A DNA stretch of 43,053 nucleotides, taken from an uncultured Hydromonas sp. Its GTDB lineage: Bacteria; Pseudomonadota; Gammaproteobacteria; Burkholderiales; Burkholderiaceae. The position numbers were made by a program, and so were the translations under genes. This document shows, piece after piece, positions 29,532 through 39,080 of the stretch. The notes below the pieces were generated by a model. That model was not told the DNA's origin, did not search any database, and was given only the letters and a program-made list of their open reading frames with translations. The stretch spans positions 1 to 43,053 of the forward strand of contig CAZCDD010000001.1 in assembly GCA_964497405.1 (NCBI GenBank), written 5' to 3'. The stretch's first letter is position 1; each line of letters begins with the position of its first letter.

Positions 29532-30746
29532 TCAATAGTTCTCGAAGCTGACGCGTTCTGCATTGCCCGATGTGCGGGTCAGACGGTAGGTGTCCAGTGC
29601 AATCATCAATTCTTCGTTGGTGTTCACGACCATCGCACGGGCGCTGCCGGCCGTGGTGATGACGGCGGTTTTGCCACCATAGGTTTTGTCATTGACTGCG
29701 GCATCGACGATGAAGCCCAAGAAGCGCAGATGACCCAATACTTTTTCACGGATGATCGCTGAGTTTTCACCGATACCGCCGGTGAATACCAATGCGTCAA
29801 TGCGTTGCAGCGGTACCATGTATTCGGCAATGTATTTGGCCAGACGATAGCAGAACATATCCAGTGCCAATTGGGCTGAGGCGTTGCCTTTGTTCGCTGC
29901 TTCGGTCAGCTCGCGGCAGTCGTTGGTCAACTCTGAAATACCGAGCAAGCCGGATTTTTTGTTCATCAAATCCAAAACCGCTTCGGCAGACACGTTCAGA
30001 CGTTCCATCATGTAGGTGATGATGGCTGGGTCGATGTCACCGGTACGTGTACCCATGATCAAGCCTGGCAATGGGGTGAAGCCCATGGAGGTGTCGACGC
30101 TCTTGCCACCGACCACTGCGGCTACGCTGGAACCGTTACCCAAGTGCGCGCTGATGATGTTCAGATCCGATTGTGGTTTGCCCAGCAATTCCGCCGTTTT
30201 TTGTGTGATGTAGCGGTGGCTGGTGCCGTGGAAACCGTAGCGACGTACATGGTGCTCACGTTCCCATGAGCGCGGTGTTGCGTACAGGTAGGCGTAATCC
30301 GGCATGGTTTGGTGGAATGCGGTGTCGAATACGGCGACTTGCGGCAGGTTTGGCAATTGTTCCGCACAGACCGCGATACCGAGCAAGTTGGCAGGGTTGT
30401 GCAATGGCGCCAAGGCGTTGCATTCGGTGACTTTGTCGATGGTTTCTTGGGTAATCAGCACGGAGTCGCTGAAGTAGTCGCCACCATGTACGGTGCGATG
30501 ACCGATCGCAGTCAATTTTTCGAGCAAGCCGTGGGCTTTGAGTACTTCAACCAATTTAGCCAAGGCTTCGGTGTGCGCTGCGTTACCCAGTTTGTATACT
30601 TCTTTGGCATCGCCGATTTTGATGGCGATTTCGGCGTTATCGCTCCCCAATTTTTCAGCCAAACCACTGACCAGCATGACTTGTTCGAGCGGCTCCATGA
30701 CCGCAAATTTGACCGATGAACTACCGCAGTTGATGACTAAAATCAT
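29532..30746 (-). CDS. ackA: acetate kinase
   Basis: Homology starts at MILVINCGSSSVKFAV (ATG at 30746, SD AAGGAGAA). HGTSHRY and other ASKHA motifs are present. 404 aa. Confidence 0.95.
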   Translation of the reverse strand: MILVINCGSSSVKFAVMEPLEQVMLVSGLAEKLGSDNAEIAIKIGDAKEVYKLGNAAHTEALAKLVEVLKAHGLLEKLTAIGHRTVHGGDYFSDSVLITQETIDKVTECNALAPLHNPANLLGIAVCAEQLPNLPQVAVFDTAFHQTMPDYAYLYATPRSWEREHHVRRYGFHGTSHRYITQKTAELLGKPQSDLNIISAHLGNGSSVAAVVGGKSVDTSMGFTPLPGLIMGTRTGDIDPAIITYMMERLNVSAEAVLDLMNKKSGLLGISELTNDCRELTEAANKGNASAQLALDMFCYRLAKYIAEYMVPLQRIDALVFTGGIGENSAIIREKVLGHLRFLGFIVDAAVNDKTYGGKTAVITTAGSARAMVVNTNEELMIALDTYRLTRTSGNAERVSFENY

Positions 30747-31025
30747 GAGGTTCTCCTTGAGTAAATATATGACCATGCGCGAACGCGAAATTTTTCATGA
30801 TCTTGCTCAAAATGCCATAATAATCCGCATGGTCTCGCCGCTGAGGGCTGGCCATACGACTGCTTCGGTGTTTTGAGTCCGATCATGGAAACTGAAAAAT
30901 AGTAGCACGCCGATACTTACGGAGTACTTACTACGAATGTGGGTTTAAAATAGCTGATAAAACAAGGGCTTGCGTTATTATTGGTGTGCTTTATTCATGA
31001 GCGCAAGCCTTGTTTGACAGGAATT

Positions 31026-31796
31026 TTAGGCGACCTCAAAATGGCGAGCGTATTTGCGTGATACGCCATCCATACGCAAGTAGGTAAAAAAGTCCGCACA
31101 GTGGAAATCAGCGTCATACGCCGGATCACCACAGACTTTACCGCCCAGACGCACGTAGCCTTTGAACAATGCGGGCAGAGCGAGCTTGACCTCGGGTTTG
31201 ACTGGTGTTTGTTGCGCTGCTGTGAATGGAATGTGCGGCGCGACATGAAACTGCTCGCTGTAAGCGCCGGAGGATTTTAAAAGTTCTTTGACATCGTTGA
31301 TCGCCGGCGCATTTTCATTGATGGGCACGCTGGTGCAACCCATGATGGTTTTGTAGCCGTTTTCTTTGGCGAAATTCAATGTTGCTTTCCACAGCAACAA
31401 TACGACCGAGCCGTTGCGAAAGTCTTTGTGTACGCAGGCGCGTCCCACTTCCATCAGGGTCGGTGCTTCGTCTGAATTGAGCAGTTCGGAGATGTCGAAT
31501 TCTTGTTGGGTGTACCAGCCGGTTTTTTTCGCCACATCCGGCGTGATGATGCGGTAGGTGCCAACGACCTCGCCGGTTTGGCTGTTGCGTATGTACAGGT
31601 GTCGGCTGTATGCGTCAAACTGGTCGCGATCCAAACCGTTTTCGCCTTGTAGCTTGACGCCCAGTTCATCGGCAAATACGCGGTAGCGCAAACGCTGGAC
31701 TTCTTCAATTTCGGCGCTGGTTTGCGCCCAGTGAACGGAAAACGGTTCCAAGGGGTCGTTCAGGTTTTTTTCTTGTTCGATGTGTGTAGGAACCAA
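31026..31796 (-). CDS. GNAT-family N-acyltransferase (OlsB / N-acyl amino acid synthase-like, Acetyltransf_5)
   Basis: 256 aa. LRYRVFADELGV...D.FD....HLYIRN..TGEVVGTYRI pattern typical of OlsB/hemolysin-like acyltransferases. TTG start with SD GAGGAG 6 nt upstream. No olsA neighbour. Confidence 0.7.
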   Translation of the reverse strand: MVPTHIEQEKNLNDPLEPFSVHWAQTSAEIEEVQRLRYRVFADELGVKLQGENGLDRDQFDAYSRHLYIRNSQTGEVVGTYRIITPDVAKKTGWYTQQEFDISELLNSDEAPTLMEVGRACVHKDFRNGSVVLLLWKATLNFAKENGYKTIMGCTSVPINENAPAINDVKELLKSSGAYSEQFHVAPHIPFTAAQQTPVKPEVKLALPALFKGYVRLGGKVCGDPAYDADFHCADFFTYLRMDGVSRKYARHFEVA

Positions 31797-32180
31797 GGTT
31801 CACTCCTCAGGCTATCTGCGTGTCGTTCGGTTATTGGTGGGTTGGGCTCGGTTTTTGTGTGATTGAGGGATTCAATTCCAATCGCCGATGTGCTTTTGTG
31901 TGCACCAATATGTTTATTAGCGGGTTATTTTATCAGTTCCAAAGCGCTTATTTTAGCATTTTCGTTCGATTTTTTTAATGACGGTGTGTCGTTATTATGT
32001 GGCATCCCAAGTCTAAGGTTTACGGCTTGAGGACGCAGCTCCGAGAAAGCGTGTTTCAATCATGCAATAGCAATACCTCAAGCGAGTCATTCGTTGACCC
32101 GAGTGAATAGAAAAGCGCAATGATGAGCGAACTTAGATGCTCAAAAATATCGATAAGCGCTGTGAAACCGCATACACGAT

Positions 32181-32209
32181 TTGACAAAAACAGCCTTTCC
32201 CGATAGAGT
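32181..32209 (+). promoter_or_regulatory. sigma70 promoter of the gcv operon
   Basis: TTGACA (32181-32186), 17 nt, TAGAGT (32204-32209), immediately upstream of the riboswitch. Confidence 0.6.
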
Positions 32210-32214
32210 TACGC

Positions 32215-32440
32215 CACCTGCTGGGAGAGCATTGTGGCATCCTATTTGGATGGTCATAATCGCCGAAGGTGTACCCCAAAAAACTCTCAGGCAAAAGGAC
32301 TGGCAGGCTCGAGCCCACATGGGCTGGAATAATTTCTGGAGAGCGTTTTCCGTTGCGACACAGCCGCGAAAACCACCGAAGGGGCGCGCAAATGATGGTA
32401 TTTGCCACAATCTCTCAGGTATCAGGGACAGAATAGGGAA
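32215..32440 (+). promoter_or_regulatory. tandem glycine riboswitch (two aptamers) in the gcvT leader
   Basis: Aptamer 1: CTGGGAGAG...CGCCGAAGGTG...CTCTCAGGCAAAAGGACTGG (about 32221-32306). Aptamer 2: CTGGAGAG...CACCGAAGGGGCGC...CTCTCAGGTATCAGGGACAG (about 32336-32432). Both carry the GGAGAG / ACCGAAGG / CTCAGG..A.GGAC core of the glycine riboswitch. Confidence 0.85.
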
Positions 32441-32503
32441 CCATAGCGCAGTGACGGTACATCGTCGTTGCAAATGATAGCTCACCTATTTTGGATGGAT
32501 ACC

Positions 32504-33607
32504 ATGTCTACACTCAAACACACTCCACTGCATGCCAAGCACATCGCCTCTGGTGCGCGCATGGTCGATTTTGGCGGCTGGGATATGCCCGTGAACTACG
32601 GCTCACAAATCGAAGAGCACCACGCCGTGCGCCAAGACGCAGGCATTTTCGATGTATCGCACATGCGTGTGGTCGATATTCACGGCGCGAAAGTGCGTGA
32701 TTTTCTGCGCTATGTATTGGCCAATAACGTCGATAAATTGCAAACCTCGGGCAAAGCATTGTATTCATGCATGCTGCGCCCCGAAGGCGGCGTGATTGAC
32801 GATCTGATCGTTTATTTTTTCACTGAAGATTATTTCCGTCTGGTGGTCAACGCCGGTACGGCGGATAAAGACATCGCATGGTTGAATGAGCAAAATACCG
32901 CTGGCGGCTACGATCTGACCCTCACGCCGCGCCCAGATATGGCACTGATCGCGGTGCAAGGACCGAATGCACGCACCAAAGTGTGGCAAGCCTTACCGTT
33001 TACCCAAGCGCCTTCTGAGTCGCTCAAACCATTCAACGCCGCATTTGTCGAAAATGACGGCGCACAATGGATGGTGGCGCGTACCGGTTATACCGGCGAA
33101 GATGGTTTTGAAATCGCTTTGCCTGCTACGCTGGTAGAAGCCACTTGGGATGCGTTGGTTGCGGCAGGCGTGCAACCCGCCGGTTTGGGCGCGCGTGATA
33201 CCTTGCGCCTTGAAGCCGGTATGAATTTGTATGGTCAAGACATGGACGAAGCGGTCAGCCCATTGAACGCCGGTTTGGCATGGACGGTTGATCTGAAATC
33301 CGAACGCGACTTCATCGGTAAAGCCGCCTTGGTCAAAGACGGCGCGACTGAGCAAGTGGTTGGCCTGATTTTGTTGGACAAAGGTGTTTTGCGCGCGCAT
33401 CAAGCGGTTAACACCGCGCATGGCGCAGGCGAAATCACCAGTGGCACCTTCAGCCCAACCATGCAACAATCCATCGCCATGGCGCGTGTACCGGCTGGCG
33501 TAGCCATCGGCGACACCGTACAAGTTGCGATTCGCGACAAACAACTGAACGCCAAAGTGGTGAAATTGCCGTTTGTACGCAATGGCGCGATTTTGGCGAC
33601 TATTTAA
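32504..33607 (+). CDS. gcvT: glycine cleavage system aminomethyltransferase T
   Basis: Homology starts at [43 protein letters not shown] (ATG at 32504). 367 aa. Confidence 0.95.
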   Translation: MSTLKHTPLHAKHIASGARMVDFGGWDMPVNYGSQIEEHHAVRQDAGIFDVSHMRVVDIHGAKVRDFLRYVLANNVDKLQTSGKALYSCMLRPEGGVIDDLIVYFFTEDYFRLVVNAGTADKDIAWLNEQNTAGGYDLTLTPRPDMALIAVQGPNARTKVWQALPFTQAPSESLKPFNAAFVENDGAQWMVARTGYTGEDGFEIALPATLVEATWDALVAAGVQPAGLGARDTLRLEAGMNLYGQDMDEAVSPLNAGLAWTVDLKSERDFIGKAALVKDGATEQVVGLILLDKGVLRAHQAVNTAHGAGEITSGTFSPTMQQSIAMARVPAGVAIGDTVQVAIRDKQLNAKVVKLPFVRNGAILATI

Positions 33608-33690
33608 TCAGTATCGTCTTGAGCATTTTATTTTTTAACACCCCATCAGCAGACGCTGATGGATTGAATCAAACCTTACAGGAGAACAAC

Positions 33691-34068
33691 ATGACTTCAC
33701 CCGCACAATTGAAATACGCATCCAGCCACGAATGGGTGCAAGACCTGGGCGACGGCGTGTATGCCGTTGGCATTTCCAACCACGCGCAAGAAGCCTTGGG
33801 CGACATCGTGTTTTTGGAATTCCCTAAAGTCGGTCGCGTGGTCAAAGCCGAAGAAGCCGTCGCTGTAGTCGAATCGGTTAAAGCCGCCAGCGACATCTAC
33901 GCGCCAATCGCCGGTGAAATCGTTGAAACCAATGACTCATTGGCCGACACACCAGAGCAAGTGAACAGCGATGCATTCGGTAGCTGGATGTTCAAAATCA
34001 AAGCGGCGAACCCTGCGGACGTAGACGCATTGCTGTCTGCAGAGCAATACGAAGCGGAAAACGCGTAA
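33691..34068 (+). CDS. gcvH: glycine cleavage system lipoyl carrier protein H
   Basis: ATG at 33691 with [16 protein letters not shown]... and the lipoyl-lysine motif VESVKAASD. 125 aa. Confidence 0.95.
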   Translation: MTSPAQLKYASSHEWVQDLGDGVYAVGISNHAQEALGDIVFLEFPKVGRVVKAEEAVAVVESVKAASDIYAPIAGEIVETNDSLADTPEQVNSDAFGSWMFKIKAANPADVDALLSAEQYEAENA

Positions 34069-34080
34069 GTTAGAGAGGTC

Positions 34081-34101
34081 ATTGCGGGCTTGCCCCGCAA
34101 T
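34081..34101. repeat. left 21-bp palindromic terminal repeat ATTGCGGGCTTGCCCCGCAAT
   Basis: Its reverse complement (ATTGCGGGGCAAGCCCGCAAT) matches 34542-34562 at 20 of 21 positions. It also folds by itself into an 8-bp hairpin. Confidence 0.75.
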
Positions 34102-34125
34102 CTTCTCAATACGGAGTAGCTTGGG

Positions 34126-34482
34126 TTGCGCAACGCCTATGTTTATATGATGAGTAATGCACACCACACGGTGCTGTATATTGGCGTGACCAATGATTTG
34201 ACGCGTCGTGTGGCGGAGCATAAAGCCAAGATTCGCAAAGGATTTACCGAGAAATACAACGCGGATCAATTAGTGTACTTTGAAGTAGCAGCAGATATAG
34301 ATGATGCGATTGCGCGAGAAAAACAGTTGAAAAATTGGAAACGCGCTTGGAAAGATGACTTGGTTGCGACCAACAATCCAAGTTGGAATGATTTGTCTGA
34401 ATCAATAGGCGTTACTCGGGAATATATTGATGTCGTTAAAACGCATTATGAGTCAATAGTGCAAGAGGTATGCCGTGATTGA
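34126..34482 (+). CDS. GIY-YIG nuclease family protein (COG2827-type, about 100-120 aa)
   Basis: YVYMMSN (GIY) ... TVLYIGVTNDL (YIG) ... RRVAEH ... FTEKYN..LVYFE ... AIAREKQLKNWKR..K..L....NPSWNDL matches the small stand-alone GIY-YIG family. TTG start at 34126 (GGAG 9 nt upstream); the alternative is ATG at 34147. Confidence 0.85.
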   Translation: MRNAYVYMMSNAHHTVLYIGVTNDLTRRVAEHKAKIRKGFTEKYNADQLVYFEVAADIDDAIAREKQLKNWKRAWKDDLVATNNPSWNDLSESIGVTREYIDVVKTHYESIVQEVCRD

Positions 34483-34541
34483 GGTGTTTACCCTTGTGGT
34501 TCGCTTGGTGTGCTTGACACAGCATCTCTTGATAAATGGAG

Positions 34542-34562
34542 ATTGCGGGTCAAGCCCGCAAT
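34542..34562. repeat. right 21-bp palindromic terminal repeat ATTGCGGGTCAAGCCCGCAAT
   Basis: Inverted copy of 34081-34101 with 1 mismatch. A further half-copy TAAGCCCGCAAA sits at 34575-34586. Confidence 0.75.
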
Positions 34563-34685
34563 GACTCTATTTTTGAGTGACGCTTAAGCCCGCAAAAACG
34601 ATTTTTAAATAGAAGGTGTCCCGCCGTATTTCACATAGCAACTTCTTGATTAAAGTTTTTTAATTAACTTTCTAATTTATTTTAA

Positions 34686-37520
34686 ATGATGACCTCCACC
34701 ACTTTCACCAACCGCCACATCGGTCCGAGCGCGACCGAGCAGGCACACATGCTCAAAACTTTGGGCTATGACTCCATGGACGCGTTTATCAACGCCGTCG
34801 TTCCAGCGAATATTCGTCGCACTGAGTTTGATCTCGGTTCATTTGCCGCAGGTGCGTCCGAAGAGGACGCCTTGGCGCGTCTGCGTGCGCACGCAGCGAA
34901 AAACGTGGTCAACACCAGTCTGATCGGCCAAGGCTACTACGGCACGCACACCCCGACCGTGATTTTGCGTAACATTCTCGAAAATCCCGCTTGGTACACC
35001 GCATACACACCGTATCAGCCGGAAATTTCACAAGGCCGTTTGGAAGCGCTGTTGAATTACCAGCAGATGGTGATGGACTTGACGGGCATGGACATTGCCA
35101 ACGCGTCCATGCTGGATGAGGCGACCGCCGCGGCCGAAGCCATGACTTTGGCAATGCGCAGCAGCAAAGGCAACTCGAATGTGTTTTACGTCGCCGCAGA
35201 CGTGTTCCCACAGACCCGTGAAGTGATCGAAACCCGCGCCAAACCGCTGGGCATCGAAGTGCGCACTTGCACGAGTGGCGAAGAGAGCTTGGCGAATGAC
35301 TGCTTTGGCGTGTTGGTACAGTATCCGAGCGCCAGCGGTGCCATCCACGATTACAGCGCGTGGGCGGCGAAAGCGAAAGAGCAGGGTAAAATCATCATCG
35401 CGGCGACCGATTTACTCGCCTTGACTTTGCTCAAAGCGCCGGGCGAATGGGGTGCGGATATTGCGATTGGTAACTCACAGCGTTTCGGCGTGCCGTTTGG
35501 TTTCGGTGGGCCGCACGCGGCATTCATGGCGACCAAAGACGCGTTCAAACGCAGCATGCCGGGTCGTTTGGTCGGCGTATCGGTCGATGCGCAGGGTAAA
35601 AAAGCCTTGCGTCTGGCGCTGCAAACGCGCGAACAACACATCCGCCGCGAAAAAGCGACCTCGAATATTTGTACCGCGCAAGCCTTGTTGGCCATTATGG
35701 CGAGCATGTATGCGGTGTATCACGGCGCAGAGGGTTTGAAAAACATCGCATCGCGCGTACACGCGATTGCGACGGGATTCGCTGCGTCGCTCAAGGCTGC
35801 GGGCGTGACCGTGGTCAATGACACGTGGTTTGACACCGTGACGGTGAAAGTTGCCGATGCTGCGGCGGTGCACGAAGCCGCGTATGCCGCTGGCTTTAAT
35901 CTGCGCGTGATTGATGGTCAACATGTTGGTGTGGCGTTTGACGAAACCAGCACGGTTGCCACGTCGCACGAGCTGCTCAAATTATTTGGCGCAGCGCCAA
36001 GCAGTGGCTTTGCTGCAGCCAATATCCCTGCGCCGTTGCAACGCACCAGCGCGTACCTCACGCATCCGATTTTCAACACACACCATTCTGAGCACGCGAT
36101 GCTGCGCTATTTGCGCGAATTGGCGGACAAGGATTTGGCGCTCGATCGCAGCATGATTCCGCTCGGCTCGTGCACCATGAAATTGAATGCGACTTCGGAA
36201 ATGCTGCCGGTCACTTGGCCAGAGTTTGCGAATATTCACCCGTTCGCGCCGACTGCACAGACCGAAGGTTACCGCAGCATGATCGCTGAAACCGAGCAAA
36301 TGCTTTGTGCCGCGACCGGCTATGCCGCCGTGAGCTTGCAGCCCAATGCGGGTTCGCAGGGCGAATACGCCGGTTTGCTCATCATTCAAAAATACCACGA
36401 ATCGCGCGGTCAAGCGCACCGCAATATTTGCCTGATTCCATCCTCTGCGCACGGTACGAATCCAGCCTCGGCAGCGATGGCGAATATGCAGGTTGTGGTG
36501 GTGGCCTGTGACGAAAAAGGCAATATCGACGTGGACGATCTGCGTGCGAAAGCCGAACAGTACAGCGATCATCTGGCGGCATTGATGGTGACTTATCCGT
36601 CCACGCACGGTGTGTTTGAAACCCGCATCACCGAAATCTGCGACATCGTGCATCAACACGGTGGTCAGGTGTACATCGATGGCGCGAATATGAATGCGAT
36701 GGTGGGCTTGTGCGCACCAGGGCAATTCGGTGGTGACGTATCGCATCTGAATTTGCATAAAACCTTTGCGATTCCACACGGCGGTGGCGGCCCGGGTGTG
36801 GGTCCTGTGGCGGTAGGCGCACATTTGGCTGAGTTTTTGCCGAACCTCACCAGCGTGGGTTACCAGCGTGACGCGCATGGCATCAGTGGCGTATCCGCTG
36901 CGCCATATGGCAGCGCGGGTGTATTGCCGATCACATGGATGTATATTGCGATGATGGGCGCGGCGGGTTTGACCGAAGCGACTCAAGTGGCGATTTTGAA
37001 CGCGAACTACATTGCACATGCGCTCAAAGACGATTTCCCTGTGCTGTACACCGGTGGTAACGGTTTGGTGGCGCACGAATGTATTCTCGATACGCGCGGC
37101 GTGAAAGACACGGCGGGCATTACTGTGGACGACATTGCCAAACGTCTGATGGACTTTGGCTTCCACGCACCGACCATGAGCTTCCCAGTGCCGGGTACGC
37201 TGATGATTGAGCCGACCGAATCTGAGCCGTTGGAAGAGTTGGATCGTTTCATCACCGCGATGAAAACCATCCGCGCTGAAATCACGGCGGTTGAGAAAGG
37301 CGAAGCGAGCAAAGACGACAATCCGCTCAAACATGCACCGCACACCGCAGAAATGCTGGTGGCGAATGAGTGGAATCATGCGTACAGCCGCGAACAAGCT
37401 GCCTATCCGGTGGCGAGCCTGCGCCAGCGTAAATACTGGACGCCCGTGGCGCGTGTGGACAATGTGTACGGTGATCGTAATTTGTTCTGCGCGTGTGTGC
37501 CGATGAGTGAGTATCAGTAA
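34686..37520 (+). CDS. gcvP: glycine dehydrogenase (decarboxylating), single-chain P protein
   Basis: 944 aa. F.NRHIGPS N-terminus, the PLP-lysine region [19 protein letters not shown], and collinear with proteobacterial GcvP. No SD; the 100 nt upstream are AT-rich. Confidence 0.97.
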   Translation: MMTSTTFTNRHIGPSATEQAHMLKTLGYDSMDAFINAVVPANIRRTEFDLGSFAAGASEEDALARLRAHAAKNVVNTSLIGQGYYGTHTPTVILRNILENPAWYTAYTPYQPEISQGRLEALLNYQQMVMDLTGMDIANASMLDEATAAAEAMTLAMRSSKGNSNVFYVAADVFPQTREVIETRAKPLGIEVRTCTSGEESLANDCFGVLVQYPSASGAIHDYSAWAAKAKEQGKIIIAATDLLALTLLKAPGEWGADIAIGNSQRFGVPFGFGGPHAAFMATKDAFKRSMPGRLVGVSVDAQGKKALRLALQTREQHIRREKATSNICTAQALLAIMASMYAVYHGAEGLKNIASRVHAIATGFAASLKAAGVTVVNDTWFDTVTVKVADAAAVHEAAYAAGFNLRVIDGQHVGVAFDETSTVATSHELLKLFGAAPSSGFAAANIPAPLQRTSAYLTHPIFNTHHSEHAMLRYLRELADKDLALDRSMIPLGSCTMKLNATSEMLPVTWPEFANIHPFAPTAQTEGYRSMIAETEQMLCAATGYAAVSLQPNAGSQGEYAGLLIIQKYHESRGQAHRNICLIPSSAHGTNPASAAMANMQVVVVACDEKGNIDVDDLRAKAEQYSDHLAALMVTYPSTHGVFETRITEICDIVHQHGGQVYIDGANMNAMVGLCAPGQFGGDVSHLNLHKTFAIPHGGGGPGVGPVAVGAHLAEFLPNLTSVGYQRDAHGISGVSAAPYGSAGVLPITWMYIAMMGAAGLTEATQVAILNANYIAHALKDDFPVLYTGGNGLVAHECILDTRGVKDTAGITVDDIAKRLMDFGFHAPTMSFPVPGTLMIEPTESEPLEELDRFITAMKTIRAEITAVEKGEASKDDNPLKHAPHTAEMLVANEWNHAYSREQAAYPVASLRQRKYWTPVARVDNVYGDRNLFCACVPMSEYQ

Positions 37521-37537
37521 GCGTTTGACTGAACAAC

Positions 37538-37563
37538 AAAAAAGGGGCGTAAGCCCCTTTTTT
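37538..37563. terminator. bidirectional Rho-independent terminator (gcvP / Tim44-like gene)
   Basis: A6 run, GGGGC (37544-37548), GTAA loop, GCCCC (37553-37557), T6 run. Confidence 0.85.
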
Positions 37564-37581
37564 GTTGCGGTTTATGTGCGA

Positions 37582-38478
37582 TCAGTCTTGCTGAATGCCC
37601 GCCAAAGACCATTGGTCGCTATGATTGTGCCATTTACTGAAGTGCCATACTTCGGAAAAGTCCTCTGACATCACTTGGTCGCTGCATTTGATATGACCCG
37701 TAAAGCGCACCGAGCCGATGTCATGCGTGCCTTCTGTGACAATGCTCAGTACCGAGGCGTTCAGCTGCATGATTTCAGTGGTTTGCTCGGTGTTGCCGCG
37801 TTCGGCAATTTGCAGTTGTACTTCAGCGAACATTTCCGGCGTCAGGAAACGACGCAGATCATCGGTATCCTTTTTGTCATTGGCCGCTTGTAAACGGATA
37901 AAGAAGCTTTTGGCTATCCGCAGAAATTCTTCGGTATTGACGTTGCTGGTTGTGTTGATGGCAGCGGGTGCCGAATCAACGTTGGCCGTACTTGAGCCGG
38001 TTGCAAAGGGCGATGTCACAGGTGCGTGTGACTCGGTGCTACGGTGGTGAGTATAGCCTGCGACTTGGGGCTGTTTGGCTCGAAAGCGATTCAGAACCAT
38101 GCGCAGCAGCATGAAGCCAATCCAAACCAGTAACAACAGAGTGATCATGCTGGCAAAGCCTTCACCCAGACCAACGTGTGACAACAGCGCGGCTATACCC
38201 AAGGCTGAAGCGATGCCGACCAAAGGCCCCATCCAGCGGCGCGCAGCGCTTGGCTTTTGAGCGTTGTTGGGGGTTGGTGCGCTGGTTTGCGGATTGCGCT
38301 GCTGGGATGTCGCGCTCGGATTTTGCATCGGACTTGGGCTGGTTTGCTGGGTTGTGCGTTGCATTCCGCTGGATTTTTTACCCCCCAGACGTGCGGCATC
38401 AGCCTCGTTGACCACGCCAACCAAGCTCACTACTGCAATACTCATTGCCACCAAGGCACGTTTGAAGAAACCATTCAC
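37582..38478 (-). CDS. Tim44-like domain membrane protein
   Basis: Signal/anchor, low-complexity Ser/Pro/Gln linker, one TM segment, and a C-terminal Tim44-like domain (EEFLRIAKSFFIRLQAANDKKD...RFLTPEMF...WHFSK). I prefer the GTG at 38478 (GGAG 9 nt upstream); the track TTG at 38487 abuts the SD. Confidence 0.7.
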   Translation of the reverse strand: MNGFFKRALVAMSIAVVSLVGVVNEADAARLGGKKSSGMQRTTQQTSPSPMQNPSATSQQRNPQTSAPTPNNAQKPSAARRWMGPLVGIASALGIAALLSHVGLGEGFASMITLLLLVWIGFMLLRMVLNRFRAKQPQVAGYTHHRSTESHAPVTSPFATGSSTANVDSAPAAINTTSNVNTEEFLRIAKSFFIRLQAANDKKDTDDLRRFLTPEMFAEVQLQIAERGNTEQTTEIMQLNASVLSIVTEGTHDIGSVRFTGHIKCSDQVMSEDFSEVWHFSKWHNHSDQWSLAGIQQD

Positions 38479-38706
38479 TGTAAACAACTCCTTTTATGTA
38501 TGAAAACTGAGGTCACCGATGAGGTGACCGAGGCATTGTATACGAAGTTGTTTTAATGTGTATGAGACGCCAAAATAGCCTGAGTCAGGTTCTACTGTTG
38601 ATATCACTTATATGACTGATTCGCTCGTTAAAAATAGCTCTGATTGGGCTCTATCCTTTTTTAAGCGTGTTACGATGTCAAAATCGACACAACCTAAGGC
38701 GTTGAC

Positions 38707-39042
38707 ATGCAATCTTTTTCATTCAAAAGCTTAGGGCTGATGGCTGCTTCGGCTATGCTGGCGATGGTCTGCACAATGGTTGGAAAAACACCACCAAATG
38801 CAGGTGATGAATTGCTGCGCAGTGTTGAAACCATGGCGCGTTTTGAGATCAATGGTATGGTGTATTATCAGGTGATTGCGCCATGCTGTGATAAATTCAA
38901 TCCGCTGTACGATGAGCGTGGTCGCTATGTATGCGCGCCGACGGGCGGCTACACGGGGCGAGGCGATGGACAATGTCCGGATTTGCGCGAAGCATTGGGT
39001 AAAGTCAATGGTGTCGTGGTGAAAAATCCGTTCCGTCACTAA
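38707..39042 (+). CDS. hypothetical secreted Cys-rich small protein
   Basis: 111 aa. Signal-like N-terminus, five Cys after it, including the paired CC in APCCDKFNPLYDERGRYVCAPTGGYTGRGDGQCP. Family not recognised with certainty. Confidence 0.5.
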   Translation: MQSFSFKSLGLMAASAMLAMVCTMVGKTPPNAGDELLRSVETMARFEINGMVYYQVIAPCCDKFNPLYDERGRYVCAPTGGYTGRGDGQCPDLREALGKVNGVVVKNPFRH

Positions 39043-39080
39043 TACGTTGCGCTGATTGGCCTTAGACCATAAGACAAAGG

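Larger units (their letters stand above)
34081..34562. mobile_element. putative GIY-YIG nuclease cassette bounded by terminal inverted repeats
   Basis: A 482-bp AT-rich segment carrying one GIY-YIG ORF, bracketed by 21-bp inverted palindromes, inserted in the gcvH-gcvP spacer. Mobility is inferred, not demonstrated. Confidence 0.35.

Noticed and set aside
32133-32485. ORFs of 91, 98 and 114 aa between the OlsB-like gene and gcvT
   Set aside because: They overlap the promoter and both aptamers of the glycine riboswitch on both strands and have no SD. The region is explained by the RNA element.
35982-37397. 471-aa minus-strand ORF, the second-longest ORF in this part of the window
   Set aside because: It is fully antisense to gcvP, whose plus-strand product is unmistakable. 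Its translation is Arg/His-rich and low in complexity with no family resemblance, a typical shadow ORF in a GC-biased gene.
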